NCBI RefSeq assembly: GCF_009914755.1
Contig: NC_060938.1
Origin: the human T2T-CHM13v2.0 reference genome, Homo sapiens
Length of the DNA: 64,000 nucleotides
Reading direction: 5' to 3' (one strand)
A program made the position numbers and the translations under genes. The notes under the pieces were generated by a model, which was not told where the DNA came from, did not search any database, and saw nothing but the letters and a program-made list of their open reading frames with translations. Positions within the stretch are counted from its first letter, which is position 1. The number at the start of each line of letters is the position of its first letter. This document shows, in pieces, positions 13,693-26,359 of the stretch.

Positions 13693-16600
13693 TTTGCTGT
13701 ATCCTTTTTCCGTTGTTGGTTTTTGTTCTGTTTATCAAGGATCGGGTAGTTGTTAGGTGTGCAGCCTTATTTCTGGGTTTTCTATTTTGTTCCATTGGTC
13801 TATGTGTCTGTTTTTGTACCAGTATCATGCTGTTTTCATTACTGTAGTTCTGTAGTATAGTTTGAAGTCAGGTAGGTGATGCCTCCAGCTTCATTATTTT
13901 TGCTTAGAATTGCCTTGGCTATTTGGGCTTCTTTTGTGTGTGTTGCATATGAATTTTAAAATAGTCTTATTCTAGTTCTGAGAAGAATGGCAAGGGTGGT
14001 TAACTAGAAATAGCACTGAATCTATAAATTGCTTTGGGCAGTGTGGTCATTTTAATGATATTTATTTTTTCCATCCCTGAGCATAGAATGTTTTTCCATT
14101 TGTTTGTATCATCTCCGATTTTTTTGAGCAGTGGTTTGTAGCTCTCCTTTTACCTCCCTGGTTAGCGATAGTCCTATGTAGTTTATCCTTTTTGTGTTCA
14201 ATTGTGATTGGGACTGCATTCCTGATTTGGCCTTTGGCTTGACTGTTGTTGGTATATAGAATGCTAGTGACTTTTGCACGTTGATTTTGGATCCTGAGAC
14301 TTTGCTGAAGTTGTTTATTAGCTTAAGGAGCCTTTGGGCTGACCCTATGAGGTTTTCTAGATATAAGATCATGTTGTCTGCAAACAGGGACAGTTTGAGT
14401 TCCTCTCTTTTTATTTGAATGCTCTTTATTTCTTTCTCTTTCCTGATTGCCCTGGCCAGGACTTCCAGTACTATGTTGAATATGAATGGTGAAGAAGGAT
14501 ATCGTTGTTTTGTGCCATTTTTCAAGGGGAATGTTGGCTGTGGGTTTATCATAGATGATTTTTATTATTTTGAGGTATATTTCTTCAATACCTAGTTTAT
14601 TGAGAGTTTTTGACATGAAGGAATGTTGAATTTTATTAAAAGCCTTTTCTGAATCTATTGAGGTAATCATGTGGTTTTTGTCTTTAGTTCTACTTTAGCC
14701 TACTTTATGATGGTGGACAAGCTTTTTAATGTGCTGCTGAATTCGGTTTACCAGTATTTTGTTGAGAATTTTTACATTGATGTTCATCAAGGATGTTGGC
14801 CTGAAGTTTTCTTTTTTTGTTGCATCTTTGCCAGGTTTTGTTATCAGGATGATGCTGGCCTCATAGAATAAGTTAGGGAGAAGTCTCCCCTCCTCAATTT
14901 TTTAGAAAAGTTTCATCAGAAGTGATACCAGCTCTTCTTCATACATTTGGTAGAATTCATCTGTGAGCAGGATACCATTATTAAAAAGTCAAAAAACTGA
15001 TCTTGGTGAGGATGCAGAGAAAAGGAAATGCTTATAGGCTTTTGGTGGGAATGTCCCTTAGTACAACCCCTATGGAAAACAGAATGGACATTTCTCAAAC
15101 AACTAAAAATAGAACTACCATATAATCCAGCAATCTCACTACTAAGTATATACCCAAAAGAAAAGAAATTGTCATATCAAAAAGACACTTATATTCATAT
15201 ATTTATCACAGCACTATTCACAACAGTGATGTGAAGGAGTCAACCTATTTCCATCTATGGATGATTGGATAAAGAAAATGTGATACACATACACACACAC
15301 ACATACACACACAAACACACCATAGAATACTATGCTGCCATGAAAAAGAATGGAATCCAAAATGGAGGAGGGTGTGAAAGGGAAGAGGGTTGAAAAATTA
15401 CCTATTCGGTACAATGTTCACTATTGGAGTGATGGGTACACTGAAAGCTCAGACTTCACCACTAAGTAATGTATCCAGATAACTTCACTTGTTACCCCTG
15501 AATCTGTTTTTTCAAAAAATCAAGGCATTTTTTAAATTTCAGTTTTTCAAAAATGGTCTAATCATTCTCCTTTTTGTTTCACACCAACAGCATTGTATAA
15601 TTATTATATTAATTCAATATATCTTTCAAGGTAATGTCTACATAAATAGCAATTTTATTTAAGATGTTGCAACACAGAGCTAAGCAAGTTAAATTGACAT
15701 ATTAAGAATTCATAAAATATATTTTGACTTCCTTTTTAAAAGGAAGCTTTTTCCTATGCACAGTTCTGTTTTTCATCTATAAGCCTTGGCTTTTGCATTA
15801 TTACTGCTTGTGATGATATTAAGTGACAGTCTCTTGAATATAGTATCTGCATAGTTACGTATCTCCAGAAACTGATCACATAATTGCCTATCACTAGCTC
15901 ACTCCAATAGGTCAAAAATGTGATTATCTGCTTTATTTTGTTTTCTTTTATGTTGAACACAAACCTCATGGCTATTTGCTGTTGACACGGGGTCTACTGT
16001 GGGGAATGTCATCAACACTAGTGCTGCTGGCAGCAAATAATTGGCCATATTTTCTTACGGAATTGTATAATTTATGTTTTAGAGAAGTCCAGTAATTTTT
16101 CAGAGTGATAGATTTATGGTCAAATGGATAATCCCCAAGTCATGATATCTGTTTTTGATACGTTGATGTGTTCTTTAATCATCAAAACACCTAAGAGACC
16201 TGCTAGGTTGATAGGCATTTCAGAACAAAAAGCATGAGAAAATCTAGCCAATTAAAGACAAAAATCCCATTAAAAGTTAGGTATTTTGCTAGAAGAGAGG
16301 ATGAAATAATTTAAATCATAATAGAGATATCATTGAGTAAACTGGCACTACTTGAAGTTAAGTGAATTTCAGAATAGTTAGCTAGATCATGATTGGGAGA
16401 AAGATTCTAAGAAGTTGTCAAGTCCTGGGTTCAAGTTCTTAAAGCCATATAATGCCAGTGTAAATGGGCACACCTCCCTGAAGTGTACCTTAGAGAAAAC
16501 ACTAGTTAACTCAAAGAGATGTTGTGTGACCTAATTAGCAAATCTTAGTTGATTAATAATTGTAGTTATTTCCTTTTTTCACATTTAAAGACAACTCACT

Positions 16601-17202
16601 CTAGCAAAGGTTCTTTAATAATATATGTTTTACATATTTTAGTATATATAATATTTTGTAATCATTTAATGTTTGTTTTATTCTTCAAATTATAGACTCT
16701 CCGAGGGCAGAAACAATGCCTTATATTTCTTGACTACATCCCATAGTCTCGCTTCTAATGAGTACAAACTAGTAATTAAGCATTAGCTCTTAATTGTTTG
16801 AAGTCTGGAGGGATGAATATTTCCTCTGGTGGAGTTCTTTGCAGTGTCCTCCAGATAATCCTACAGAGTCATCAAACAAAATTGCAATATTAGTTTTTCT
16901 CCATCAGCAAAATTGATCTAATTAATGCAAGTTCTTTCAATTATTCATTGAATTAAGTGCCATGGAAAAAAGATTAATATAACAATGATATTATGTGCAA
17001 TCTTAGCACCTGAATATAAGGTGCTAAATATAATATATTGAATATTTTGAATATATTATATTAGAAAAGCATGCATGAAGCAACGCAGGAGTGAAAGAAC
17101 ATCAAACACACAGAAAACTACCAATTTTCCAAGACTGCTGAAGTATACAGTGAGAAGAATGACTTTAAAGTTTAGATCATATAGAGCCTAGTGTGTCTTA
17201 CT

Positions 17203-18003
17203 TTTTAGTTATTTTATTATTAATGTTTATGGATACATAATAATTGTACATATTTATGGGTACATGTGATATTTTTATACAAGGATGCAAATGTAATAAT
17301 TAAAACTGGGTAATTGGGATAGCCATCACATCAAGCATTTTTCATTTGTGTTGGAAATCTTCCAACACAAATCTCTATTAGCTAATTTGAAATATGATAA
17401 ATTGTTAACTATAGTCATCCTATTGTGCTACTGAACACTAGAACTTATTCTTTATATCTAATGATTTTTTTTATCCATTAATAACTCCTCTTCACTCACC
17501 CCTCCCACTACCTTTTCCAGCCTCCCTGGTAACCATTATTCCATTTACTACCTCCATGAGAGCAAATTTTTTAGCTCCTAAATGTGACAGAGACCATGAA
17601 ATATTTGTTTTTTTGTGCCTGGCTTATTTCACTTAACATAGTGCCCTCCAGTCCCATTCATGTTGCTTCAAATGACAGGATTTCACTTTTTTTACTCCTG
17701 AATAATATTCAATTGTGCCTATATACTTTATTCATTCATCTGTTGATGGACACTGAGGTTGATTCCATATCTTGGCTATTGTGAATAGTCCTGCAGTAAA
17801 CATGGGATGACAGCTGTCTCTTCATTATACTGATTTCCTTTCTTTTGGATACATACCCAACAGCGGTATTGCTGGAACATATGATAGTTCTATTTTTAGT
17901 TTTTTGAGGACCCTCCATATTGTTTTCCATAATGACTGAACTAATTATACATTCCAACCAACAGTGTAGAAGAGTTCCCCTTTCTCCACATCTTCAATAG
18001 TAT
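17203..18003 (-). mobile_element. L1MA (about MA5-7) 3' fragment
   Basis: ataattgtacatatttatgggtacatgtgatatt 3' end and downstream L1 3' UTR/ORF2-end motifs. Confidence 0.88.
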
Positions 18004-18112
18004 TGGAGTTTAGATTTCTTTTTCTAGAAATTGATGCTGCTGACAGATTTTAAGATAGGTAAGGACTTAGTTAGACTTTAAATATTAAAAACGATCATTA
18101 TATGGTGGTTTA

Positions 18113-18621
<509 letters not shown>

Positions 18622-18679
18622 GAGCGGTATAGATGATAGACAAATTTTTATAATTAACTGGATATGAATAAGGCAACTG

Positions 18680-19065
18680 TTATGGGTAAGGCTACCTTGA
18701 AGCATATTCTACACTAGAGCTGTGCAGGATGTTTATTTGGGAGTGCTCTAGAGATGAATTCCATGCAAGACTAAAAGAAACAGAAGAAGAATTGAGCAGA
18801 GGAGTTATAGATGTAGCCTCAAGGAAGGCCTTAGGCAACACCACAGGAAACTCCGGATCTGAGATGACACTTCAAAATTGTTCAGAATTGAGTATGGACC
18901 ATTTATTGAACTTGACCTTGGGAAATTTACTTGGATAAGGCAGCTCTCTTTAGCTCAGGACAATGGGATTGGGGGTCTCAGCTGTAATCTGTTAGCCCCT
19001 GGGAAATGAGTGTTTCAGTTCTCAGAGGCAGTGAGGTAATTTGGGTAATGCACCACTGCATCCAC
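18680..19065 (-). mobile_element. Old ERVL-type LTR (LTR16/LTR33-like) fragment
   Basis: tgcaggatgtttatttgggagtgctct...aaggccttaggcaacaccacaggaaactccggatctgagatgacacttca resemble recalled ERVL LTR motifs. Confidence 0.45.
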
Positions 19066-20337
19066 CGAAGAGAATAAATCAAAAAGGCTGTAAATGACAT
19101 TGAAATATGTGAATGTACTTTTCACATGTTTTTGAGAAAAACCAAGAGCAACAAACCATCTTTTGTTATTGTTCTTAAAGAATCTGAAATGGCCAGTAAG
19201 GGCTTCTCATGCCAAGTTGTTGAAAATGTATCCTCATTGGAGTAATCAGAAACAGCCAACAGAGAAACACAAAAAATCAACTTTGTTTATTTGGCTATTT
19301 CATTTCTCTAACAAAGTTTACTTAAGCATTTAAACAAAGCATTTCAAATTCTAATACTAAAACACTAATATCATCTTTCCCAGAAAGGAGATGGGACCAT
19401 ATTCATAGTTAAGCAAATAGCCCTTCTTAAAAATGAAGTTTATATCTAATATTACTAATCTTACTAACCATGCTCAATGACAGTGTTCTTTGAATATTTT
19501 TGCTAGTATATATTTATCAGAAACATGTTTATCACCCTGTACAATTAGAAGTTGCTATCTAAAATATTAAATATGTTCAATGGACAAATTTTCCAGCATA
19601 TTGTTTATTACATATACGCTCTAAATATACATTTATCAAACCCTTGGAGATAAGATTTAGATCATTCAGTTTATGAAAAATGTATACAATATAACCTAAA
19701 TGGTAAAGTCAGTCCTCAGTGTCAAAACTATCAACTGAATTAGATTTGCTGAAAAGGTATAACTTCATCTTTTTCTCCTTCCAAGACACGTCCCTTCTCG
19801 TTTCTGAATTCTAAGATAGATGGAAGTAAGGGATTGAGGAAAGTAAGGAAGCATATGCAGGCAAGAAAACTACTTATAGCAATTGAAGATCTAAAACCAG
19901 ATTATTTTTAAGAAATCCACACCTGAAGTTTCTATGTTACTCTCTAACATAAAAACTCTTTGTTCTTTTCACAGAGCATATTTACTCCAATATGAAGGTA
20001 ATCACTTTGCAGAAAGAATTCTGCAGTTACTTTACTTCATAGTAGCTTGTACAATTGCTGTGCTTTGTCATCACTAGCCACTTTTTTCTAGTAATATATC
20101 AAGATTGGAGCAAGACAGTTTTTTGTTTTTCATAACATTTATCAACATATTTCATTATATCATATAATCTTTTGCCTATGTATTTATGACTTGTTTCCTT
20201 CCACTATAATGTAAGTTACCTGAAGGTAGCTTGTTCACAACTCTATTTTCAGAACCTAGAAAATCAATTAAATCAGCCATTTCTAAAATACGTAGATACA
20301 TTTAAACAGTGTTTGTTTCCTTTAGAAACCACTATGG

Positions 20338-20474
20338 GGCTAGACGTGGTGGCTTATGCCTATAATTCTAGCACTTTGGGAGTCCAAGGCAGGAAGATCA
20401 CTTGAGCCTAGGGGTTCAAGACCAGCCTTGGTAACATAGTGAGACCTTTTCTTTACAAAAACAAAAAAAAATTA
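20338..20474 (+). mobile_element. FLAM_C / AluJ left monomer
   Basis: ggctagacgtggtggcttatgcctataattctagcactttggg...gatcacttgagcctagg...catagtgagacc plus A tract. Confidence 0.9.
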
Positions 20475-21442
20475 CAGGAAAACTAAGTTGGACTGGTAAG
20501 CCTATGACAGCCCCAAAACACACAAGTTCTTGTGAGACAGGAGAATTGTAGAGTAAGATAAAAAGACAACTGCCTCATAAACACATTGATGAAGTGTCTA
20601 CAAGTTAGGAAATTTCAAAAAACAAATGAAGGTTTCTAGTAATAGTTGACCAGATTTCTACAGACCATCTCTCCTGTTGAGAACAACAGGGATTGTGGTA
20701 CTGAATTAAAACAAAAACAAAAACAAAAAAATCTTTTGGACAGAAAGCTCCTAAGAAAATGGTAATGTAAAGAGCAAAGAACTGGAGAAGAAGAGAACCC
20801 AAGAAATGTAAAAATTTATGAAATTGCCAAAAATGAATGCTAACTCTGGCTGTAAGGATGAGATACTGAGCAGAGCTTCTGGCAATTTTACCGACAGGGG
20901 GAAACAATTCAGCCAGATTTCTTTGCTTCTATATCATTTTATCTACAGAGGTTTAAAGGTATTCACCAATGCCTAAATATAGATATAAAGGTATTAGTAG
21001 TAAGCAGATGGGAAATTACTTTTAATGTGAGATGGGAAAACTACTCACATTAAAAGTAATTGTTTAACATTGTATCCTTAGCAGCAAAGATAGGTGACTT
21101 TAATTTGATTAGAATCCTGTCACCTCACCTAAAGGCATTTGCTATCAGTTACCACTAATACTGTCTTCATGTTGTAAAGTTATAGTGTTATAAAATAACA
21201 CAAGAAAGGTAGTATGGGTGAGATGGCCATGTAATTTTCCACACTATTTTAAATTTTGAATGCAGGAGATAGTATGCTGATAAACATAATTTCTCACAAA
21301 ATTTCTAAATTCATGTGATTTGGGTTACAAATTCACTCCCCAAAATAAATAGCTGATTCTCTACTCTTTTATAATGCCTTATCATCTATACATACATGCA
21401 AGGCCCTTCTTAAACTTTTTATTACTTTCAGACTTTACCACC

Positions 21443-21818
21443 TGTATGAGTCCATTTTCATACTGCTATAAAAAACTAAGGCTGAGTAATTTATAAAGGA
21501 AAGAGATTTAATTGACTCATGGTTCAGCATGGTTGGGGAGGACTCAGGAAACTTACGATCATGGCGAAGGCAAAGGGGAAGCAAGCACTTTCTTCACAAG
21601 GCGGCCCGAAGGAGAAATGCCAAGCAAAGTGGGTAAGAGCCCCTTATAAAACCATCTGATCTCATGAGAACAAACTATTATGATAATAGCATGGGGAAGC
21701 CACCCCCATAACTCAATAACCTCTACCTAGTCTGTCCTTTGACACATGGGGATTACGGGGTTATGAGGATCACAATTCAAGATGAGATTTGGGTGGGACA
21801 CAAAGCCTAACCATATCA
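21443..21818 (-). mobile_element. THE1D-like solo LTR
   Basis: tgtatgagtccattttcatactgctata...gagatttgggtgggacacaaagcctaaccatatca; 5-bp TSD ccacc. Confidence 0.93.
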
Positions 21819-22544
21819 CCACCTATTCTAGTAATTAATTCTCTGTTTAGCATTGTAAATTGATATAAAATTATGTTTGGCATGAAGTCTATATTAAACT
21901 TCTAGATAGCCTCCTAGTTCTAATTTATCAAGTCTGGTGATTCATTATGTATTTATTCTACTCTCCATGATTTTAAAATCTTTTTACCTTATGTTTTCTC
22001 TATTTAAATTCTTTTAGCTACAGTTTTAAGTCCTCACTCAGTTCTCAGCCACACTATCTCATAGTTTCAGTTACGCATCTATGAATATGTTTCAAAATGC
22101 ATTATAGTTACTTTAAGGGGAAGCAATAAAACCTAAATTTAAAAATCCAGTTGTAAATGCACCTGTTAGAATATTTGGCCTGCTGTGCTCATTTCTACTT
22201 TATGAAGTAAAAGGCTTTGTATTTTGTTACCTAATAATTTAGAATTCCTATATTTTAAAAAATAAAGAGTTTGACTTTCTTCTTTATACTTCTGATCATC
22301 TGTTTGCCTAGGCAACAAAGAGACTCTGATATTATAAGTTAGTGCAGTAGAGATATGAGCTGGGTCTTTCTATCCTTGAGCTGTAGAGAGACTGCCCTAC
22401 TGAAGTTAGAAACTTAATCACATTGTTCATTCATTCATTTACAGAAATTTACTGAACATTTAAAATATGCTAGTATACTTCAGTCCTGGTCCTCCGTGGT
22501 GTCACACTAAACCAGGGTTCTTAAAATAGGGGTTGTGGGCTTTC

Positions 22545-22976
22545 TTTTTAAAAATAGAATTTACTTAATCATAACTTTATATAATTTGAGTTCATTTTAA
22601 AGCAATTGTTTCTGCAAATTTTTTAATTGTATACATTTATGGGGTATAAATATGATATTGTTACATGCATAGATTCTGTAGCGGTAAAGTCAGGGTTTTT
22701 AGGGTATCCATCACCCAAATACTATATATTGTACTCATTAAGAAATCTCTCCTCATCCACCCCTCTTCTACTCCTTCATGATTCTAAATCTCCGTTGTCT
22801 ATCATTCCACACTCCATGTTCATGCCCATGTGTATACATTATTTAGCTCCCATTTATAAGTTAGAACATGTAATATTCGACTTTCTTTGCCTGACTTGTT
22901 TCACTTAAGATAATGGCCTCCAGTTCCATCCATATTGCCACAAATTACATGATTTAATTCTCTTTTTTAGGATTGA
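22545..22976 (-). mobile_element. L1MA (about MA3/4) 3' fragment inserted in a hAT-type MER relic (about 22510-23125)
   Basis: tgtatacatttatggggtata...catgcatagattctgtagcggtaaagtcagggtttttagggtatccatcacc; 10-bp flanking repeat gtgggctttc at 22535-22544 and 22977-22986. Confidence 0.85.
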
Positions 22977-23728
22977 GTGGGCTTTCATATAGACTTTATG
23001 AAGTTTTTGAGCTCCTTGAGCTAAATTGCAGCATATTATGCTCATGTGTATATTGCATTTTGTGGAAATTTGGGACATAATTTTCAAGAGGATTGGTGAT
23101 TCTGAAATGATTAAAAACTTCCACTTTATACATTCAGAACTTCTGCTATATTTTTAACTATATTCAGAACTTCTGCTACCTCTGTGACAGTGACTCTCAA
23201 ACCTAATTAGCTAATTATTGTATTTCTTCCATTCTTAAATCCTGCATGTCCAAATAAATGTCCCTTGGAAATCTCAATCTGAGTTAATTTATTATAATTA
23301 TGTTTTCATTTATTTTATCCTCTATTTTTCCTCAAATAATTTGAATAAATTTATCACAAAATATATCCATGCAAAGTAGCCATCAAAGCAAAACAAAAGA
23401 TCAGTTAATTAAGCGAAGTCAGAGGACATGGAGTGCAGTGGATGTCATTTTACCCTGAATCCTCACCATTTAAACTTTCATTTTTTGAAATTGCTTAAAA
23501 ACATTGTGATATTTAAATCACTTCGTCTTAAGACTTTAGTATTAACCCTATATTTTATCTCCTTTTCACCTCAAATTTTATATTATATTCAAGTATTGAG
23601 GACTATACATTATTTCTTACACTAATTATTTAAATCTAGTTCTAATGTCTTTTCAACAATTATGGTTTTGTTTTTATTTGGACAACTGAAATATATTCAT
23701 ATGTGGCAAGCTGGATATTTTTGCTTAC

Positions 23729-23786
23729 TTCTCTGAATTCACCCATTCTCCTTCTGAAGTCGCTTTCTAGACCATGAAGCGGACCT
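23729..23786 (-). other. Candidate spliced exon (58 nt), probably non-coding
   Basis: Minus strand: tatgttttccacag|AGGTCCGC...AGAGAA|gtaagc in non-repeat sequence; signals only, no transcript evidence. Confidence 0.35.
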
Positions 23787-24879
23787 CTGTGGAAAACATA
23801 CTGGGTTGGTTTGCCCTTTAAATTCTGTTTAAATAATTCTGTTTTAGTTCCTGCCATAAAATGGGACAAGAGATCTGAGAGAAGAAGTTGAACAACACTG
23901 GATGTTTATTTCTCAAGTTCACTCTGAGGTTGTCATAGGTTGGCTGAGTCCTGCACCCCAAAACACAGCTCCCCTAAAGGCTTTGCCTTTTTATTGTTCT
24001 CTCCCAGGTGTGCCTTCTGTATCTTTCCAGGGGTCTCATTGGGAAGCACAGTACATGTTCTTAAATCCATTTTTAATGGATCCTTCACCAATATTAATCT
24101 TTCTGAAGCATAATTTTCAGCACTTCACTTCAATAAGATATCAATATTCCTATGAAGGAAAATTCAGAATGTTAAATCTTCTTGGTGAGATATGATGCAA
24201 TCCAGCTTCTCTTGTTTTAATTGTTTTTGCTTTTCCTTTTAATTTTTCCTATCAAAGTTAATTTTAAAAACTAAGACCAAATGTTGCTTTTGTCATTTCT
24301 TAATTGGATGACCTTTGGCAAGTTAGTGAATATGTTAATTCATAAGTTAATAAGTTAATGATTAGTTAATGTATAATTTTAAAGATTAAATGACATAATA
24401 TGGGTAAAGAGCTTATGCCATTCTCTCTGCACTGATGTATTTTTTCACCATTCCCAAACATTGAAAGCCTACACGTACTCTGAGGTCCAGCTCCAATGTC
24501 ATCATTTTTAATTTCACCATGCAGTCATAAGCTCTTTTCTTCCTCTAACCTCTTCAGCATTTTGTTTTAATGCATTTTAAAACATGTTTGTTACTTTGAA
24601 TGTTTTAGATCTAATATTTATTCTATAATTCCTTGCAGGTTAGAATTTCCCTGAAGAAAAGAATTACATATTTTTTTTCAACTTTGTATTACTTCACTGG
24701 CTAAGCCTGATAAGAGTTCAGTAATTATTAAGTGAATAGATAAACAAATGAATAAACCATCTATTTCTTTTGGCTGCATTTTGATGAAACAAGAAAACCT
24801 ATGCCCCATACTTTAACAATACAATCTCAAACCCTCTTCTCCACACACTTATATGTGTAGTTATTCTTATATCCTAATA

Positions 24880-26340
24880 GCCATTGCATTTGAAATTTAA
24901 ATTACAGTTGATCATTGCTGCTATATAAACAATTAACTTTTGTATGTTAAGATTTTATCCTGCAACTTAGCTACAATTACTTTTTAGTTTAAGGAGACTT
25001 TTTGTCAATTCTTTTAGTTTTTCTCTAGATAGTCATATTATCAGAGAACAAAGAGTTTTATTTTTTCCCTTCCAATCTGTCTAATCTATTTTCTTATCTT
25101 GCATTATTGCACTAGTTAAGACATCTGATACAATGGTAACACAAGGCATTCTTGCCTTGTTCCCTACATTAAGGGGCAAAATCCAATTTCTCACAGTTAA
25201 GTATGATGTTAGCTACAGATTACTGTAAATTTTCTTTATCAAGTTAAAGAATTTCTTCTCTATTTTTAGTTTGCTGAGATTTTTTTTTTTACCGAAAAAT
25301 GAGTGTTGGATTTCATCAAATCCTTTTTTTGCATTAATTGATATAATTGCATGATTTTTTTCTTCTTTAGTCTGTTGATTTGGTAGTTTACATTAATTGA
25401 TTGTTTTAAGCATTGAACTAGCCTTGTATACTTGGAATAAATCCCACTTTGTTCTGGTGTAGAATTATTGTTACACGTTTTTGGACTTGACCTGCTGATA
25501 TTTTATTGAGAATTTTTACATTTATGTTCATGAAAAGCATTGACCTATAGTTTTCTTTTCTTATAATGTCATTATCTGGTTTGAGTATTAGAGTAATGTT
25601 GGTTTAATAGAATGAGTTGTGAAGTTGTATTAGTTTGCAAGGATTGACATAACAAAATACCGCAGACTGGGTGGCTTAAATAACACAGTTATTTTTCACG
25701 ATTCTAGAAACTAGAATTTCAAGATGTTTCAGCAGGTTGGCTTTCTTCTGAAGCCTCTCTCTTTGACTTGAAGATGGTTGCCTTCTCTCTGTGTTTTCAC
25801 ATGGTCTTTCCTCTGTGCCCATACATGCCTAGTGTCTCCAAATTTCTTCTTCTTATCAGGACACCAGCCAATAGAATTGTGGCCATCGCTAAAGGCATTT
25901 TTTTTTAAATCATAACTTTAAAAGTCTTGTCTCCAAATACAGTCCCAATCTGGGGTGCTAGGGGTTTGGACTTCAACGCAGGATTTTTATTGCTGAGGAG
26001 AGCACAATTCAGCCCATAACAGAAATGTCTTCTTTGCTTCTATTGTAGAGAATTTGTACCATTTATTCCACAAATTGAAATCATCTGGGCTGGATGCTTT
26101 CTTTTTTGAAGTGTTATCAATTACTTATTTGATGTAGTTAGTAAATATAGGCCTATTAAAATCTATTCATTCCATGTGTGAGATTTTGTAGTTAGTATAT
26201 TCAAGAAACTAGTGCGTATGGGCACAGAGTTATTCATATGGGCATGGAGTTATTCTAAATATTTCTTTATTATTCTTTGGATGTATCTGAAATGAGAAGT
26301 TAGAATTTTGTTTTTATTTCTAATATAGTAATTGTGTCTT
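24880..26340 (-). mobile_element. Old L1M (L1MC/MD-type) ORF2 fragment
   Basis: cattcttgccttgttcc...gttaagtatgatgttagct...ccttgtatacttggaataaatcccactt; continues across the MLT1 insertion. Confidence 0.8.
25626..26021 (-). mobile_element. MLT1A0-like solo LTR
   Basis: tgtattagtttg...cagactgggtggcttaaa...cacaattcagcccataaca; TSD gaagt/gaaat. Confidence 0.9.
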
Positions 26341-26359
26341 CTTGAGTTTTTCATTTTTG

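Larger units (their letters stand above)
11887..14967 (-). mobile_element. 5'-truncated old L1PA (about L1PA13-16) with (TAG)n-converted tail, nested in L1MA
   Basis: 3' end ttaagttcaggggtacatgtacaggtttgtt; ORF 14109..14552 translates to decayed ORF2 reverse transcriptase ([28 protein letters not shown]); TSD cagaatagcatta 11874-11886 / caggataccatta 14968-14980. Confidence 0.92.
10898..15520 (+). mobile_element. L1MA-type 3' portion (ORF2 end + 3' UTR) in three pieces: about 10898-11204, 11562-11886, 14968-15520
   Basis: L1 ORF2 motifs (aagacctgaaactataaaaattctagaagaa; aaatgcaaattaaaatcacattgagataccatcttacaccagtcagaat) resume in register after the nested insertions; L1MA-like 3' end (aagctcagacttcaccact...tacccctgaatct). 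Confidence 0.9.

Noticed and set aside
14109-14670. ORFs with reverse-transcriptase-like peptides
   Set aside because: Frameshifted, deleted L1 ORF2 remnant; not an intact gene or a novel RT system.
17003-17027. 9-bp inverted repeat ttagcacct/aggtgctaa
   Set aside because: Too short to distinguish from chance in 64 kb.
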